64,000 bases of DNA from Longimicrobiales bacterium (GCA_965204735.1 OZ242008.1:352001-416000), one strand, 5' to 3'. Positions 21,906-33,311 are shown, counted from the first letter of the stretch. Translations and numbers: made by a program. The notes: generated by a model from the letters alone, not told the origin.

Positions 21906-23281
21906 TTGATCTCGATGTGGGCCTTGGCGCGGAGTCCGTCGACGAGAGCGTCCATCCGCTTCTGCCGCAGCAGCGAGGAGCGGATCTGGGCCTCCAGGTC
22001 CTCGAAGACGTAGGTGCCCGCCTCCCTGGTCTCCAGGATCTTCACGACGGCGAAGTGCTCTTCCTCGCGGAAGGTGAACTGGACGGGTCCGACCACTTCG
22101 CCCGCCGACCGGCCCGAGAGCGCGGACAGGTAGGCCGGCGGGAGCGCCTGCGCGATCTGGTTCACGGGGATCGTCGCCGAATCCGGCAGAAAGAGCGCCG
22201 AGTGGTGCTCGTCGACCAGCGCCTGGAACTCCTCGCTCTCCGCGCGGACGGCCAGCTCCGCCGCCAGCCGGCGGGCCCGCGCCAAGTCGGCCGGTCCGGT
22301 GCGAGGGCGGATCAGGATGTGCTTGCCCAGGCGCTCGGCGAACCTCACCCGCTCCACCTTGATGATGTGGAAGCCGAAGGGCGTCTCCACCACGTCGCTC
22401 ACGTTCCCTTCCAAGAGCTCGAAGGCCGCGTCCTCGAACTCGTCCACGAAGGCGCCCCGCCGAAACCACCCCAGGTCGCCCCCCGCCTCTGCGGAGCCCG
22501 GGTCCTCCGAGTGCTCCACGGCCAGCTCGGCGAAGTCCTCGCCGGCCCGGGCGCGTTCCAAGAGCCCTTCGATCCGGGCCCGAGCCTCGGCGACCGCCGA
22601 GTCGGAGGGCGACACGGTGAGCACGAGCTGCTTGAACGCGACCGTGGCTGGCCGCTGCTGAAGGTCGGCCCGACCGGACTCGAAGCGCTCGCGGGCTTCC
22701 TCCTCCGTCACCTCCATGGCGCCTTCGCCCCCGTACCGCTGGACGTAGAGCCCCACCAGCATCGACTGACGGATCTGCTCCCGAAGCATCTCGCGATACG
22801 CCTGGACGGTGAGGCCCAAGGGCCGCAGCGCTTCCTCCATCTCGGCCCGGCTGGGATAGCTGCCCTCGACTTGGGTGAACCGGGCCTGAAGCGAGTCCTC
22901 CACGATGTCCTCGTCCACCGACAGGAGCGTGTCCTGGGCCGCGGCCTGGAGCATGAGCTGGTTGTCGACCAACTCCTCCAGCACCTGCCGCCGGAACGCC
23001 TCGAGCTCGGAGCTGCCCGGCTGGGGCACGGGCATCCCCGACGCCCGCATCTGCTGCTCCCGGCTCAGCAGCTCCGACATGAGGACCACCGAATCGCCGA
23101 CCACCGCCACCACCCTGTCCACCAGGTCGTCCGCGCCCTGGGCGGCGGACGGGGCGGGGAACCCCAGGGCGGGCAGCAGGCAGGCGAGGAGCAGCCGGCG
23201 GAGCGCGACAGCGACGCTCCCAAGGAACGGCCGCGCGGCGGGGGCCGCCGAGAGCGCAACTTTGGAAGAAGCCGTCTTCAC
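21902..23281 (-). CDS. surA: SurA-like chaperone / parvulin-type peptidyl-prolyl isomerase
   Basis: Signal peptide; [18 protein letters not shown] (SurA N-domain); [24 protein letters not shown]...[12 protein letters not shown] (rotamase); directly upstream of pdxA. Start uncertain. Confidence 0.85.
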   Translation of the reverse strand: MKTASSKVALSAAPAARPFLGSVAVALRRLLLACLLPALGFPAPSAAQGADDLVDRVVAVVGDSVVLMSELLSREQQMRASGMPVPQPGSSELEAFRRQVLEELVDNQLMLQAAAQDTLLSVDEDIVEDSLQARFTQVEGSYPSRAEMEEALRPLGLTVQAYREMLREQIRQSMLVGLYVQRYGGEGAMEVTEEEARERFESGRADLQQRPATVAFKQLVLTVSPSDSAVAEARARIEGLLERARAGEDFAELAVEHSEDPGSAEAGGDLGWFRRGAFVDEFEDAAFELLEGNVSDVVETPFGFHIIKVERVRFAERLGKHILIRPRTGPADLARARRLAAELAVRAESEEFQALVDEHHSALFLPDSATIPVNQIAQALPPAYLSALSGRSAGEVVGPVQFTFREEEHFAVVKILETREAGTYVFEDLEAQIRSSLLRQKRMDALVDGLRAKAHIEIK

Positions 23282-23340
23282 GAAAGTCCTGCCGGTCGAG
23301 GTGTCGTCTCGCTTGGGGGACAATCTAACCACGCAGCCGA

Positions 23341-23443
23341 GCGGGCGTCCGGCCTTGCGGCTTGCGGGCATCCGGCGTTGCGGGCGTCCGGCGCTGCGGC
23401 TTGCGGGCATCCGACGTTGCGGGCGTCCGGCCGTGCGGCGTCC
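23341..23443. repeat. Imperfect 39-bp tandem repeat (~2.6 copies) between surA and susC
   Basis: gcgggcgtccggc..tgcggcttgcgggcatccg.cgtt at 23341 and 23380, partial copy at 23419. Confidence 0.88.
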
Positions 23444-23589
23444 AACGCTGCCGACGCCGGCGGAGGCGGGGCCGTCGCGAAGCGGTGCACTGGCGATGTC
23501 GCGGAGCGCTCCCGACGCTGGCGGCAACGGGGTGCTTGCCGTAAGTACATTTATTGCAGCAGGAGCAACCCCCCAAGGAGAACGAAAGC

Positions 23590-26500
23590 ATGAAGCCTGC
23601 CCGTACGATCCTCGCCGTCGCGCTGGCCGCGACGGCCGCCGCCGGGCCCGCCGCGGCCCAGGAACGCGGCGCGGTGGGCGGCGTAGTGAGGGACGCTGCG
23701 TCGTCCACCCCGCTCGCGGGCGTCCAGGTGCTGATCGAAGGCACCAACTACGGGGCGCTCACCAACGCCGAGGGCCGCTACCTGGTCCTCAACGTGCCCC
23801 CGGGAACCCACTCCCTGCGGGCCGTCTTCATCGGTCACGGTCCTGCCGTCCAGGAGTTCACCGTCGAGGCGGGAGGCACGGCCGAGGTCGACTTCGAGCT
23901 GGCCCAGTCGGCTCTTCAGCTGGACGAGATCGTCGTGACGGCCACGGGCGAGCAGCGCAAGCGGGAGCTGGGCAACGCGGTGGGCGAGATCGAAGCCGCC
24001 CAGGTCGTGGAAGTGGCGCCGGTGCACAACATGGCCGATCTGCTTCAAGGACGTTCCGCCGGCGTGCAGGTCCTCAACTCGGCCGGCACGTCGGGCGTCG
24101 GCTCCCGCGTCCGCATTCGGGGGTCCAGCTCGATATCCCTCTCCAACGACCCGCTGCTCTACGTGGACGGAATCCGCGTGGACGGCGGAAGCCGACAGGG
24201 CGGCATCTACACCGGGGGACAGGAGGCGTCGCGGCTGGACGACTTCAACCCGGAGGACATCGAGTCCATCGAGATCGTCAAGGGACCGTCGGCGGCCACC
24301 CTCTACGGCACCGAGGCGGCGAACGGAGTGATCCGCGTCACCACCAAGCGCGGGCGGCCCGGCGAGACCCGGTGGAACGTGTGGGCCGAGGGCGGTCTGA
24401 TTCAGGAGCCCAACACCTATCCGCTCAACTACGCGGGCCTCGACGCCGCGGGGGGCCGATACGCGCGCGCGTGCCGGTTGGCCGAAGTCGCCGGGGGCCT
24501 GTGCAACCAGACGTCGATCGAGTCGTACCAAGTCCTCCACGACTCGAACCTCACCCCCATCGACGACGGCAACCGGACCCAGTTCGGCCTCTCGGCGACC
24601 GGGGGGTCGGAGCGGATCAACTACTACATCGCCGGAGAGCTGGAAGGCGAAGTCGGACCGTACACGCTGCCCCAGGCGGACCGCGAGGACCTGGAGGAGC
24701 GGGGCATTCCCATCACCAGCGAAGTCGAGCGTCCCAACCAGCTCCGCCGGAAGAACCTGCGCGTCAACATCAACAGCCAGCTCTCGGACATCGCGACCCT
24801 TTCGCTCCGCACCTCCTACCTGGACAGCCACTTCGCGACGCTGGGCAACGACAACAACTCGTTCGGCTTCCTTCCCAGCGCGTTCTTCGGCGGCTCGAAC
24901 GCGGACCGGGCGTGGGGCTTCCAGAGGCCGGCCCAGCTCTTCGGGCGGACCTTCTACCAGGACACCCAGCGCTTCACCGCGGGCGGAACGCTCACCGTGG
25001 ACCCCTTCGAGTGGCTTCAGTTTCGTGGAACGGCGGGAGTGGACTACTACAACCGGCTGGACGTGTCGTTCTTCGGCCGCGACATCGGCGTGCCCGGCGA
25101 CAACAACCGCGGCCGCAAGGACTCCAACTACGCCAACCAGTGGCAGTACACGCTGGACGCCGGCGCAACCGCGTCCTTCGACCTGACCGACGAGATCACG
25201 TCCAAGTCCACCGTGGGCGTCCAGTACTTCGAGAACCAGTACACGGGCACCCGGGCCTGGGGGATCGACATCGTGAACGGCGCGTCGTCGATCGGGGCCG
25301 CGGCAGAGACGTTCTCGGACGAATTCCACGTCTTCGAGAAGACGGCGGGACTCTTCGTGGACCAGCAGTTCGGCCTTTCGGACCGGCTCTTCGTGACCGG
25401 CGCCGTCCGGGCGGACGACAACAGCGCCTTCGGACAGGACTTCGACCTGATCTACTACCCCAAGGCCAGCCTCTCGTGGCTTGCGTCGGAGGAGAGCTTC
25501 TTCCCCGAATGGGGCTTCCTGAACCAGCTCCGCCTTCGGGCGGCGTGGGGACGCTCCGGCCTTCAGCCCGGCTCCGACGACGCGATCCGAACCCTGGAGG
25601 CCGACGCCATCACGACGCCGGACGACCAGACGGGCTCCGGCGTGTCGATCGGCAACATCGGCAACAGCCTGCTGGAGCCGGAGGAATCCAGCGAGATCGA
25701 GGCGGGCTTCGACGCCGAGCTCTTCCACGGACGTGCCGCCTTGGAGCTGACGTACTACGACAAGCGCACTTCCGGCGCCTTGATCGAGGTCCCCCTGGCC
25801 CCGTCCCTGGGAGCGAGCGCCAACCGGTGGATCAACATCGGCGAGGTGCAGAACGCAGGATGGGAAGCCTCGATCACCGGCACCGTGATCGACACGGAGG
25901 ACGTCAGCTGGGACCTGACGATCTCCGGCTCCCTCAACAAGAACGAGCTCCTCTCGCTGGGCGAAGGCACCGAGCCGATAGGGAGCCAGACCCGCTTCGT
26001 CCCCGGCTACCCCCTGGGCGGACAGTGGGACCGTCCCCTCCAGAGCTGGAACGACGCCGACGGCAACGGGATCATCACGCCCGACGAGCTGGTGGTGGGG
26101 GACACGATCGAGTACATCGGGCCGGGGCAGCCCGAGAACCAGCTGTCGGTCTCCACCAGCATCCAGCTCTTCCGCAACGTCCGCCTCTACGGACTGCTGG
26201 ACTACCGGGGCAACTACGTCGCGTACAACAACACCGAGCGCTTCCGCTGCCGCTTCCGGCTGTGCCAAGCCCTGATCGACCCGGGCACGCCGCTGGACGA
26301 CCAGGCGAGGGCGGTGGCGTCGCTCCTCCACCCCAGCCAGACCGTTTGGGGCTACATGGAGCGGGGCGACTTCTGGAAGCTGCGGGAGGTGTCGGTGCGC
26401 TTCCAGCTGCCCGCCGAGATCGCGCAGAAGATCAGCGCGTCGTCGGCGTCGCTCACTCTGACGGGCCGCAACCTGGGGACGTGGACCGACTACACGGGCA

Positions 26501-26610
26501 TGGACCCGGAGATCAACTGGAACGGCTCCAGCGACAACTTCGGCGTCTCCGAGTTCCTGACCCAGCCGCCGGTTCGCTACTACACCCTTCGCCTCAACCT
26601 CGCCTTCTAG
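23590..26610 (+). CDS. SusC/RagA-family TonB-dependent outer-membrane transporter
   Basis: AAGGAG RBS, signal peptide, carboxypeptidase-regulatory-like N-terminal extension, [10 protein letters not shown], plug [51 protein letters not shown]-terminal F. Confidence 0.95.
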   Translation: MKPARTILAVALAATAAAGPAAAQERGAVGGVVRDAASSTPLAGVQVLIEGTNYGALTNAEGRYLVLNVPPGTHSLRAVFIGHGPAVQEFTVEAGGTAEVDFELAQSALQLDEIVVTATGEQRKRELGNAVGEIEAAQVVEVAPVHNMADLLQGRSAGVQVLNSAGTSGVGSRVRIRGSSSISLSNDPLLYVDGIRVDGGSRQGGIYTGGQEASRLDDFNPEDIESIEIVKGPSAATLYGTEAANGVIRVTTKRGRPGETRWNVWAEGGLIQEPNTYPLNYAGLDAAGGRYARACRLAEVAGGLCNQTSIESYQVLHDSNLTPIDDGNRTQFGLSATGGSERINYYIAGELEGEVGPYTLPQADREDLEERGIPITSEVERPNQLRRKNLRVNINSQLSDIATLSLRTSYLDSHFATLGNDNNSFGFLPSAFFGGSNADRAWGFQRPAQLFGRTFYQDTQRFTAGGTLTVDPFEWLQFRGTAGVDYYNRLDVSFFGRDIGVPGDNNRGRKDSNYANQWQYTLDAGATASFDLTDEITSKSTVGVQYFENQYTGTRAWGIDIVNGASSIGAAAETFSDEFHVFEKTAGLFVDQQFGLSDRLFVTGAVRADDNSAFGQDFDLIYYPKASLSWLASEESFFPEWGFLNQLRLRAAWGRSGLQPGSDDAIRTLEADAITTPDDQTGSGVSIGNIGNSLLEPEESSEIEAGFDAELFHGRAALELTYYDKRTSGALIEVPLAPSLGASANRWINIGEVQNAGWEASITGTVIDTEDVSWDLTISGSLNKNELLSLGEGTEPIGSQTRFVPGYPLGGQWDRPLQSWNDADGNGIITPDELVVGDTIEYIGPGQPENQLSVSTSIQLFRNVRLYGLLDYRGNYVAYNNTERFRCRFRLCQALIDPGTPLDDQARAVASLLHPSQTVWGYMERGDFWKLREVSVRFQLPAEIAQKISASSASLTLTGRNLGTWTDYTGMDPEINWNGSSDNFGVSEFLTQPPVRYYTLRLNLAF

Positions 26611-26622
26611 GAGGGCCGACCA

Positions 26623-27942
26623 ATGAAGACGACAAGAAACGGCGCTTGGCCCGTCCTGGCGACGGCCGCGGCGCTGCTGGCTTCGGCCTGCGACACCGAC
26701 AGCCTCCTGGAGGTCGTGGACCCCGACATCGTGACGCCCGCCGACGTGGTGGGCGCCCCGGGCGCCGAGCTGTACTGGGCCGGCGCCGTCGGCCTCTTCG
26801 CGGCCGCGTTCTCCAGCGGGGGCGGCGGCCAGGTGGTCTACTCGGGGATGATCAGCGACGAGTTCCACCTCTCGGGGACCTTTCCGACCCGCAACGAGGT
26901 GGACCGGCGGGAGATGGACGACCGCAACGGCACGCTCCTGGGCCAGTACCGGACGATGCACCGCTCCCGAGTGGGCACCAAGAACGCCGCCGAACGCATG
27001 GCGGAGCTGTTGCCGGGCGACAGCCGGATCGGCGAGATGTGGAACCTGAACGGGTACACCAACCTCTTCTTCGCCGAGCACTACTGCTCCGGCGTGCCCT
27101 TCAGCGACACGCCCAACGAGGGCGACATCGTCTACGGCGAGCAGCAGACCACCGCGCAGATACTGGACGCGGCGCTTGCCGGCTTCGGGTCGGCGGAGGG
27201 CGCCGTGGCGGGCGACGCGAACCAGCGTCATCTGGCCGCCGTCGGCGTCGCCCGGACGCGCTTGAACCAGGGCGACTACGCCGGGGCCGCGTCCGCCGCC
27301 GCCAGCGTGCCCGACGACTGGACCTACTCGGTGCGCAGCAAGGAGGGAGGCACGTTCGGGCAGCGCAACGCCGTCTTCGAGCTCAACCAGCGGCAGCGGC
27401 GGTGGTCGCTGTCGGACATGGAGGGCGAGAACGGCGTGGCGTTCAGGTCGCGAACGGACTCCCGCGTGCCGTGGGAGGACTCGGGGGGCACGGGCTTCGA
27501 CGAGGAGACCCACCTCTGGCACCAGCTCAAGTACGGTTCGGAGGAGGCCGACGTGGTGCTGGCCAGCGGAGTGGAAGCCCGGCTGATCCAGGCCGAGAGC
27601 GAGCTGGCCAGCGGCGGCGACTGGCTGGGCACCCTGAACGGGCTGCGCGCGGGCGCCGAACTGGCGGCCCTCGGCGACCCGGGCGACCCGAACGGGCGGG
27701 TTGGGCTGCTCTTTGAGGAGCGGGCGCGCTGGCTCTTCGGAACGGCCCACCGTCTGGGCGACCTGCGGCGCCTGGTGCGCCAGTACGGCTTCAGCCAGGA
27801 CCAAGTGTTCCCCTCGGGGGACTTCTTCAAGGGCGGGGCCTACGGCTCCGACGTGAACTTCCCGATCCCCTTCGAGGAGCACGAGAACGAGGCCCTGGCC
27901 GGACTGGAGGGCCAGAGCCTCTGCCTGGACCGGGCGGCGTAG
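26623..27942 (+). CDS. SusD/RagB-family lipoprotein
   Basis: Lipobox LLASAC; EARLIQAE; FEERARWLFGTAHRLGDLRR; FPIPFEE; immediately follows susC. Confidence 0.9.
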   Translation: MKTTRNGAWPVLATAAALLASACDTDSLLEVVDPDIVTPADVVGAPGAELYWAGAVGLFAAAFSSGGGGQVVYSGMISDEFHLSGTFPTRNEVDRREMDDRNGTLLGQYRTMHRSRVGTKNAAERMAELLPGDSRIGEMWNLNGYTNLFFAEHYCSGVPFSDTPNEGDIVYGEQQTTAQILDAALAGFGSAEGAVAGDANQRHLAAVGVARTRLNQGDYAGAASAAASVPDDWTYSVRSKEGGTFGQRNAVFELNQRQRRWSLSDMEGENGVAFRSRTDSRVPWEDSGGTGFDEETHLWHQLKYGSEEADVVLASGVEARLIQAESELASGGDWLGTLNGLRAGAELAALGDPGDPNGRVGLLFEERARWLFGTAHRLGDLRRLVRQYGFSQDQVFPSGDFFKGGAYGSDVNFPIPFEEHENEALAGLEGQSLCLDRAA

Positions 27943-27968
27943 AGGTCTGGACCGGGCGGCGTAGAGGT
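27925..27968. repeat. Perfect 22-bp tandem duplication spanning the susD stop codon
   Basis: CTGGACCGGGCGGCGTAGAGGT at 27925-27946 and 27947-27968. Confidence 0.92.
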
Positions 27969-27983
27969 CGCCGGCAGCCAGCT

Positions 27984-28553
27984 TCAGCCGGCGCGTGCCG
28001 GCTGGTCCTCGAGCGGGGCGCCTGCCGGATCCGTCGGCGGGCGCCCCGCCTTGCCTTCGCGGGCGGGCGACGCAGCCGACGGCCCGCCTCGCGGCTGCCG
28101 GGTGTGGATGAGGATCACCCCGTCTCCGGCGTTGGTGCCGTAGTAGGTGGTGGCGTGGACGCCGGTCAGGACCTGGATGCGCTCGATGTCGCCGGCGGGG
28201 AGGGACGCCAGGAGCCCAAGGTCCCGCACCCTCACGTGGTCGATGTAGATCGGCATGTCCTCCGTGAGCAGGATCGTGGACGACCCCCGCCGGTGGACCC
28301 GCTCCGGGTCTCCCCTGCCCGATTCCTGAAAGCGCGCGTAGCGGACCGTCCGCTGAACGGCCTCCCACATCGTGGTGGCTTCGGATTCGGCGATCTCCTC
28401 TCGCGTGACGACCTTGCCCGCGTTGGCGTCGGGGAGAGCCGCCCGGGGCCGGATGCCGCAGCCCTGAAGCAAGGTCGCGGCGGCCAGGGCCGGGAGGAGG
28501 ACGGCCCGAAGCCCCCTGGTCGCCGGAGCGGGCGCGGCAGCGGTCGCGTTCAC
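27984..28553 (-). CDS. Small lipoprotein consisting of a stand-alone TonB-dependent receptor plug domain
   Basis: Lipobox LLQGC; VVTREEI..., RGSSTI...PIYIDHV, DIERIQVLTGVHATTYYGTNAGDGVILIHTR; no barrel follows. GTG 28553 overlaps the upstream stop. Confidence 0.8.
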   Translation of the reverse strand: MNATAAAPAPATRGLRAVLLPALAAATLLQGCGIRPRAALPDANAGKVVTREEIAESEATTMWEAVQRTVRYARFQESGRGDPERVHRRGSSTILLTEDMPIYIDHVRVRDLGLLASLPAGDIERIQVLTGVHATTYYGTNAGDGVILIHTRQPRGGPSAASPAREGKAGRPPTDPAGAPLEDQPARAG

Positions 28554-29905
28554 GGAGTGCCGCCTCCGGCGCCGACGGACCGCAGCTCCTCGATCCGCCG
28601 AAGCACGTCGTCGGCTCGCGCCTGGTGGATGCGCCACTCGCCCTGGTCGCGAAGGAGGACGACGACGGGACCGAGCGGCAGAATCTGCTGCTCGCCGGAG
28701 AGGACGCGGATCAGCGCAGCCTCCACCCGCTCGCCGGCCGCTGGAGGGAGGGGCGTCGCGGCCGCCAACCCGATCTCCCGGGCACGGGCCACCACCGCCG
28801 CCCTGGTCGAGTTCCGCGCCGAGTCCACGCGGGCCTGGGCGGGCTCCAGCTCTCGGGCCCGGGCCTCGGTCAGCAGCAGCTCCCGGCGGGCGACTCGCCG
28901 GAGCGCCGCCTCCAGCTCCGGCCCGGTCGCGCCAGCGACGCCCTCCGCGAAGCCGACCGGCGAGCGGCGGATCAGATCAAGGAAGTCGCCCGCCGTGTAG
29001 GCGCCGCCGGTCCAGGTGAGCAAGGGCCGCCGGGCGGCTCGGTCCGAAAGTCCGGCGGGCGCGCTCTCGGCCAGGGCGCGGGCCAGCGCCGGCCCGTCCG
29101 GGGCGAAGGCCAGCCCCGACGCCGAGTCCAGGACGGCGATGTACGCCGCCTCCGCTTCGCCGATCCGTTCCAGCTGAATCCGCCGCCTGAACTCGGCCCC
29201 CGCCTCTGCCAAGTTCGGCGCTTCCAGCCGTTCCAGGTGCAAGAGGTGGTAGCCCAGCTCGGTGGCAACCGGCCCGCTCGTCTCCCCCGGAGCCAGGCGA
29301 AAGACCGCGCTGTCCACTCCCGCCAGCATCTGGCCCCTCTCGAAGGTGCCCATGCTCCCTCCCCGGGCGGCGCTCCCCCGGTCGGCGCTGAACCGCTCCG
29401 CCAGGGCCGCGAAGTCGGCCCCGGCCTCGATCCGGTCGCGCAGCCCGGCGGCGGCGGCCCGCACGCTGTCCCGCTGGCGGCTCGTGGCCCCCGGCGGAAA
29501 GAGCAGGAGGATCTGGGACGCCGTGGCCTGGGCGCCGGGCATCTCGGCGGCGAAGCGCTCGGCCAGCTCCTCGTCGCCCACAACCGTGTCCGCCTCGACC
29601 TCCTCCTCGCTGAGCCGCGCCAGCATCTCCTCCTCCAAGGCCCCTCGGACCAGGTCGTCCACCTCCAAGGAGGCCAGCGACGTGTCGTCGTCCAGGCGCT
29701 GGGCAAGCAGCGTGTAGTCCACCCACAGCTCGGCCACCGCCCTCACCACCTGGCTGTCGCCCGGGAGGGTGCTGTGGTCCAGGATCATCTGGGCCGCTTC
29801 GTCCACGGTCAGCCGCCGGCCGCCGGCTTCGGCCAAGTTGCCGCCGCCGCAGGCGGTCGAAAGCAGCAGCGCCCAGCAGGCGCGGGTGCGGGCGGAAGCG
29901 TTCAT
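28550..29905 (-). CDS. Parvulin (PpiC-type) peptidyl-prolyl isomerase lipoprotein
   Basis: Lipobox LLSTAC; ASQILL, FAALAERFSADRGSAARGGSMG.F, VATELGYHLLHL. Confidence 0.85.
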   Translation of the reverse strand: MNASARTRACWALLLSTACGGGNLAEAGGRRLTVDEAAQMILDHSTLPGDSQVVRAVAELWVDYTLLAQRLDDDTSLASLEVDDLVRGALEEEMLARLSEEEVEADTVVGDEELAERFAAEMPGAQATASQILLLFPPGATSRQRDSVRAAAAGLRDRIEAGADFAALAERFSADRGSAARGGSMGTFERGQMLAGVDSAVFRLAPGETSGPVATELGYHLLHLERLEAPNLAEAGAEFRRRIQLERIGEAEAAYIAVLDSASGLAFAPDGPALARALAESAPAGLSDRAARRPLLTWTGGAYTAGDFLDLIRRSPVGFAEGVAGATGPELEAALRRVARRELLLTEARARELEPAQARVDSARNSTRAAVVARAREIGLAAATPLPPAAGERVEAALIRVLSGEQQILPLGPVVVLLRDQGEWRIHQARADDVLRRIEELRSVGAGGGTP

Positions 29906-29909
29906 GGGG

Positions 29910-32900
29910 TCAACTCCTGTCCGGCTGGTCGTCTTCCCGGCGCCCTCCCAGGGCGTCCATGGCGCGCACCACCACTTCGGCGAGCCGCTCCGGGTCGTAG
30001 CACTCCACAACGATGGACAGCGGCGCCGCCCTGCGCACCTCGACGGCCACCCGCTCCCCCTTCAAGGCCTTCTCCAGCGCCGACATCCGAGGCACGACGC
30101 CGGCGTCGAAGTTCACTCGCGCCCGGGCGCCCCGCACCAGGACCCGCGTCGCCCCGGCGCCCTGTCCCACGATCCCCAGCAGGGACTGGTCCAGCAGGCG
30201 ACGGGCCTCGGGGGGAAGGCTGCCGAATCGGTCCGTCAGCTCCGCCGCCAGCTCGCGCACTTCGCGACGACTCGCCACTCGGGAGAGACGCCGGTAGAAG
30301 TGCAGCTTCTGGTGCTCGTCGGCCACGTAGGCGTCGGGCAGGTAGGCGCCGGCGTCGACGGCGACCTCCGGCCTGGGACGCTGCGCTCGCTTCGGTCCGT
30401 CCCGCATCCGGCGGACGCTCTCGTCCAGCAGGCGGAGGTAGGTGTCCAGTCCCACTGCGTGGGCGAAGCCGGACTGGTCCTCTCCCAGCAAGTTGCCCGC
30501 GCCCCGCACCTCCAGGTCCCTCATGGCGATCTGGTACCCGCTCCCCAGCTCCGTGTAGTGCTCCAGCACCCTCAACCGCTTCTCCGCCTCGTCGGAGATC
30601 GCGTCCGGCACGATCAGGTAGCAGAACGCCCGCCGGTCCGAGCGGCCCACGCGGCCCCGAATCTGGTAGAGCTGCGAGAGGCCGAAACGGTCGGCCCCGT
30701 CCACCATCAAGGTGTTGGCGTTGGCCACGTCCAGGCCGTTCTCGATGATCGACGAGCACACCAGCACGTCGGTCTCTCCCTCGGCGAAGCGGGTCATCGC
30801 CCGGTCCAGCTCGCTGGGCGCCATCTGCCCATGGGCCACGTCCACCGTCGCCGAGCCGACCAGCTTCCGCACCCGAGCCCCCGCCGTCTCGATCGTCTGG
30901 ACCCGGTTGTGGAGGAAGAACACCTGGCCGCCCCGGTCGATCTCCTGCCGGCACGCCTCCGCCACGAGACGGTCGCTCCACGACACCACGTGGGTCGCCA
31001 CGGGCATTCGGTTGCGGGGCGGCGTGCGGATCAGCGACAAGTCCCGGATCCCCGCCAGCGAGAGGTAGAGCGTCCGAGGTATCGGGGTCGCCGTCAGGGT
31101 CAGCACGTCCACTGTGGCGCGCAGGCGCTTCAGACGCTCCTTCTGGCGGACTCCCATGCGCTGCTCCTCGTCGATCACCAGGAGCCCCAGGTCCTTGAAG
31201 GCGACGTCGCCGGAGAGGAGCCGGTGGGTGCCGATCACCACGTCCACGGTCCCGCCGGCCAAGCCCTTCAGCACTTCCCGCTGTCTCTTGGGCGATTCGA
31301 AGCGGGAGAGGCTCGCCACCTGCACCGGATAGTCGGCCATTCGGTCGCCGAAGGTGCGGGCGTGCTGTGCGACCAGAACCGTGGTGGGCGCCAGGACGGC
31401 CACCTGCTTCCCGTCCTCCACCGCCTTGAACGCCGCCCGCACGGCCACCTCCGTCTTGCCGTAGCCCACGTCGCCGCAAACCAGCCGGTCCATCGCCTTG
31501 GGCGACTCCATGTCGGCCTTGATCGCCTTCACGGCTTCGCGCTGGTCCGGCGTGTCCTCGTACAGGAAGGACGACTCCAGCTCGCGCTGCCAGCGCGTGT
31601 CGGCGGGGAAGGCGTGGCCGGGGCGGGAGCGGCGGGCCGCGTACAGCTCCAGAAGCTCGGCCGTCATCTCGTGGATGGCGGTCTCGGCGCGCTTCCTGAC
31701 GGTCTTCCAGCGCTTCCCGCCCAGCCTGTGGACGCGGCGGGGCTTGGCGTCCGGCTCTCCGCCGACCCAGCGCTCCACTTGGTCCAGCTGCTGAACGGGG
31801 ACCCGAAGCTGCTCGTCGCCGTCGTACGCGATCACGAGCGCTTCGATCGATTCGCCCCCGGCCTCCACCTGCTCGATTCCCTCGTAGCGTCCGATTCCGT
31901 GCTCCATGTGGACCACGTAGTCTCCCGGCGAGAGCTGGGCCAGGCTCTCCAGAGACGCGGCGCCGCGAAACCGGCGGGTGCGCCGAAGCTTGGGGCTGCG
32001 GCGGAAGATCTCGTGATCGGTGAGGACGTTGAACGGGGGCGACGACTCGGGGAGCCGGAAGCCGCCGGTCAGCGTGCCCACGGCCAGCCGGCAGCCTCGC
32101 GGCGCTCTCCCGCTGCGCTCCGCCACGAGCTCTTCCAGGCGGGCGGCTTGGCCGTCGTTGTCGCAGAGGACGAGGGTGTCGGCGGCGTTCTTGGCGGCCT
32201 CCGCCAGAAACTCCCGAAGGCGGCGGGTGTCCCGGTCGATCGGAGGCGGCGGCGCCGCCGCGAAGACGTGGTCGCCGACGTGTTCCTCCACGAAGACCAG
32301 CCCCGGCAGGCGGTCCAGTCGACCGGCCAGGGCGCCGGGCGAGAGGAAGAGGTCGCCGGGCGGAACGGCCGGGTTGCCGTGGCGGCGCTCGGCGCGCCAG
32401 CGGTCCTCGGCGCGTCCCCATGCGGCCCGGGCCTCCTGGTCCCATGCGTGGACGCCGACCTGGACGACGGTCGCGTCCCGCGGCAGACGGTCCAGAAGGG
32501 AGCAGCGGACGGCGGCGGCCGTTTCGGCGCCTGTGTTCCGTTCGGCAACAGCGTTCTGTTCGGCGCTTGCGTCCCGCCGGAACTCCACGGGCAGCACGTC
32601 GATCCGGTCCACGGCGTCGGTGGAACGCTGGTCGAGGATGTCGAAGAGTCGGATCGACTCCACCTCGTCGCCCCAGAACTCCACGCGCGCGGGTCCCGCC
32701 GCGCCGAAGGAGAAGAGGTCCACGATGCCGCCTCGCACGGCGTAGCGTCCGACTTCCTCCACCATGGGCGCCTGCCTGAATCCCCGGGCGTCGAGGGCGG
32801 CGATCAGGTCGTCCCGGCCCATCTCGGCGCCGGTCTCGACGGCGAGGCGAAGACCCGCCAAGTCGCCGGGAATGGGGGCGACCTCCTGCAGCGCGCGGCG

Positions 32901-33311
32901 CGTGGCCACCAGAACCCGCACCCGTCCCGCCAGGAGCGACTCGACGGCCTCGACGCGCCGGCCGGAAACCTCGAAGCCTGTGGCGCCCCTGGTCTCGAGG
33001 GCGCCGAAAGGGGCGTCGTCGGCGCCGGCGGCCTCGTCGCGCTGCGGGTACTCGGCCGCGGCGCCTTCGCCCAGCAGCGTTTCCAGGTCGGCCATGTGGG
33101 CTGCCGCGTGCCGGGGCGAGGAGGCCGCCACGACCCAGATGCGGTTGGGAAGGCGCCCGGCCAGCGCCGCCACGACCGCCATGGGCAGGGCGCCGGCGGC
33201 GCCGCCCACGGTGGCCGCGCGGCCGGGACCGGGGGGCCGCCGGGCCAGCGCGCGAAGGGTCGGCGTCGCGGCGAGGGCGGCCGCGACCGGGTGCGCCTCC
33301 GGGTCAGGCAC
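29910..33311 (-). CDS. mfd: Transcription-repair coupling factor Mfd
   Basis: VRGGIVDLFS, GDYVVHMEHGIGRY (CarD-like), MDRLVCGDVGYGKTEVA, DEEQRMG, LTLTATPIPRTL, LYQIRGRVGRS, RDLEVRGAGNLLG, TRCF domain. Start approximate. Confidence 0.97.
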   Translation of the reverse strand: MPDPEAHPVAAALAATPTLRALARRPPGPGRAATVGGAAGALPMAVVAALAGRLPNRIWVVAASSPRHAAAHMADLETLLGEGAAAEYPQRDEAAGADDAPFGALETRGATGFEVSGRRVEAVESLLAGRVRVLVATRRALQEVAPIPGDLAGLRLAVETGAEMGRDDLIAALDARGFRQAPMVEEVGRYAVRGGIVDLFSFGAAGPARVEFWGDEVESIRLFDILDQRSTDAVDRIDVLPVEFRRDASAEQNAVAERNTGAETAAAVRCSLLDRLPRDATVVQVGVHAWDQEARAAWGRAEDRWRAERRHGNPAVPPGDLFLSPGALAGRLDRLPGLVFVEEHVGDHVFAAAPPPPIDRDTRRLREFLAEAAKNAADTLVLCDNDGQAARLEELVAERSGRAPRGCRLAVGTLTGGFRLPESSPPFNVLTDHEIFRRSPKLRRTRRFRGAASLESLAQLSPGDYVVHMEHGIGRYEGIEQVEAGGESIEALVIAYDGDEQLRVPVQQLDQVERWVGGEPDAKPRRVHRLGGKRWKTVRKRAETAIHEMTAELLELYAARRSRPGHAFPADTRWQRELESSFLYEDTPDQREAVKAIKADMESPKAMDRLVCGDVGYGKTEVAVRAAFKAVEDGKQVAVLAPTTVLVAQHARTFGDRMADYPVQVASLSRFESPKRQREVLKGLAGGTVDVVIGTHRLLSGDVAFKDLGLLVIDEEQRMGVRQKERLKRLRATVDVLTLTATPIPRTLYLSLAGIRDLSLIRTPPRNRMPVATHVVSWSDRLVAEACRQEIDRGGQVFFLHNRVQTIETAGARVRKLVGSATVDVAHGQMAPSELDRAMTRFAEGETDVLVCSSIIENGLDVANANTLMVDGADRFGLSQLYQIRGRVGRSDRRAFCYLIVPDAISDEAEKRLRVLEHYTELGSGYQIAMRDLEVRGAGNLLGEDQSGFAHAVGLDTYLRLLDESVRRMRDGPKRAQRPRPEVAVDAGAYLPDAYVADEHQKLHFYRRLSRVASRREVRELAAELTDRFGSLPPEARRLLDQSLLGIVGQGAGATRVLVRGARARVNFDAGVVPRMSALEKALKGERVAVEVRRAAPLSIVVECYDPERLAEVVVRAMDALGGRREDDQPDRS

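Noticed and set aside
23341..23443. 39-bp repeats as CRISPR or iterons
   Set aside because: They are head-to-tail with no unique spacers, and no rep or cas gene is nearby.
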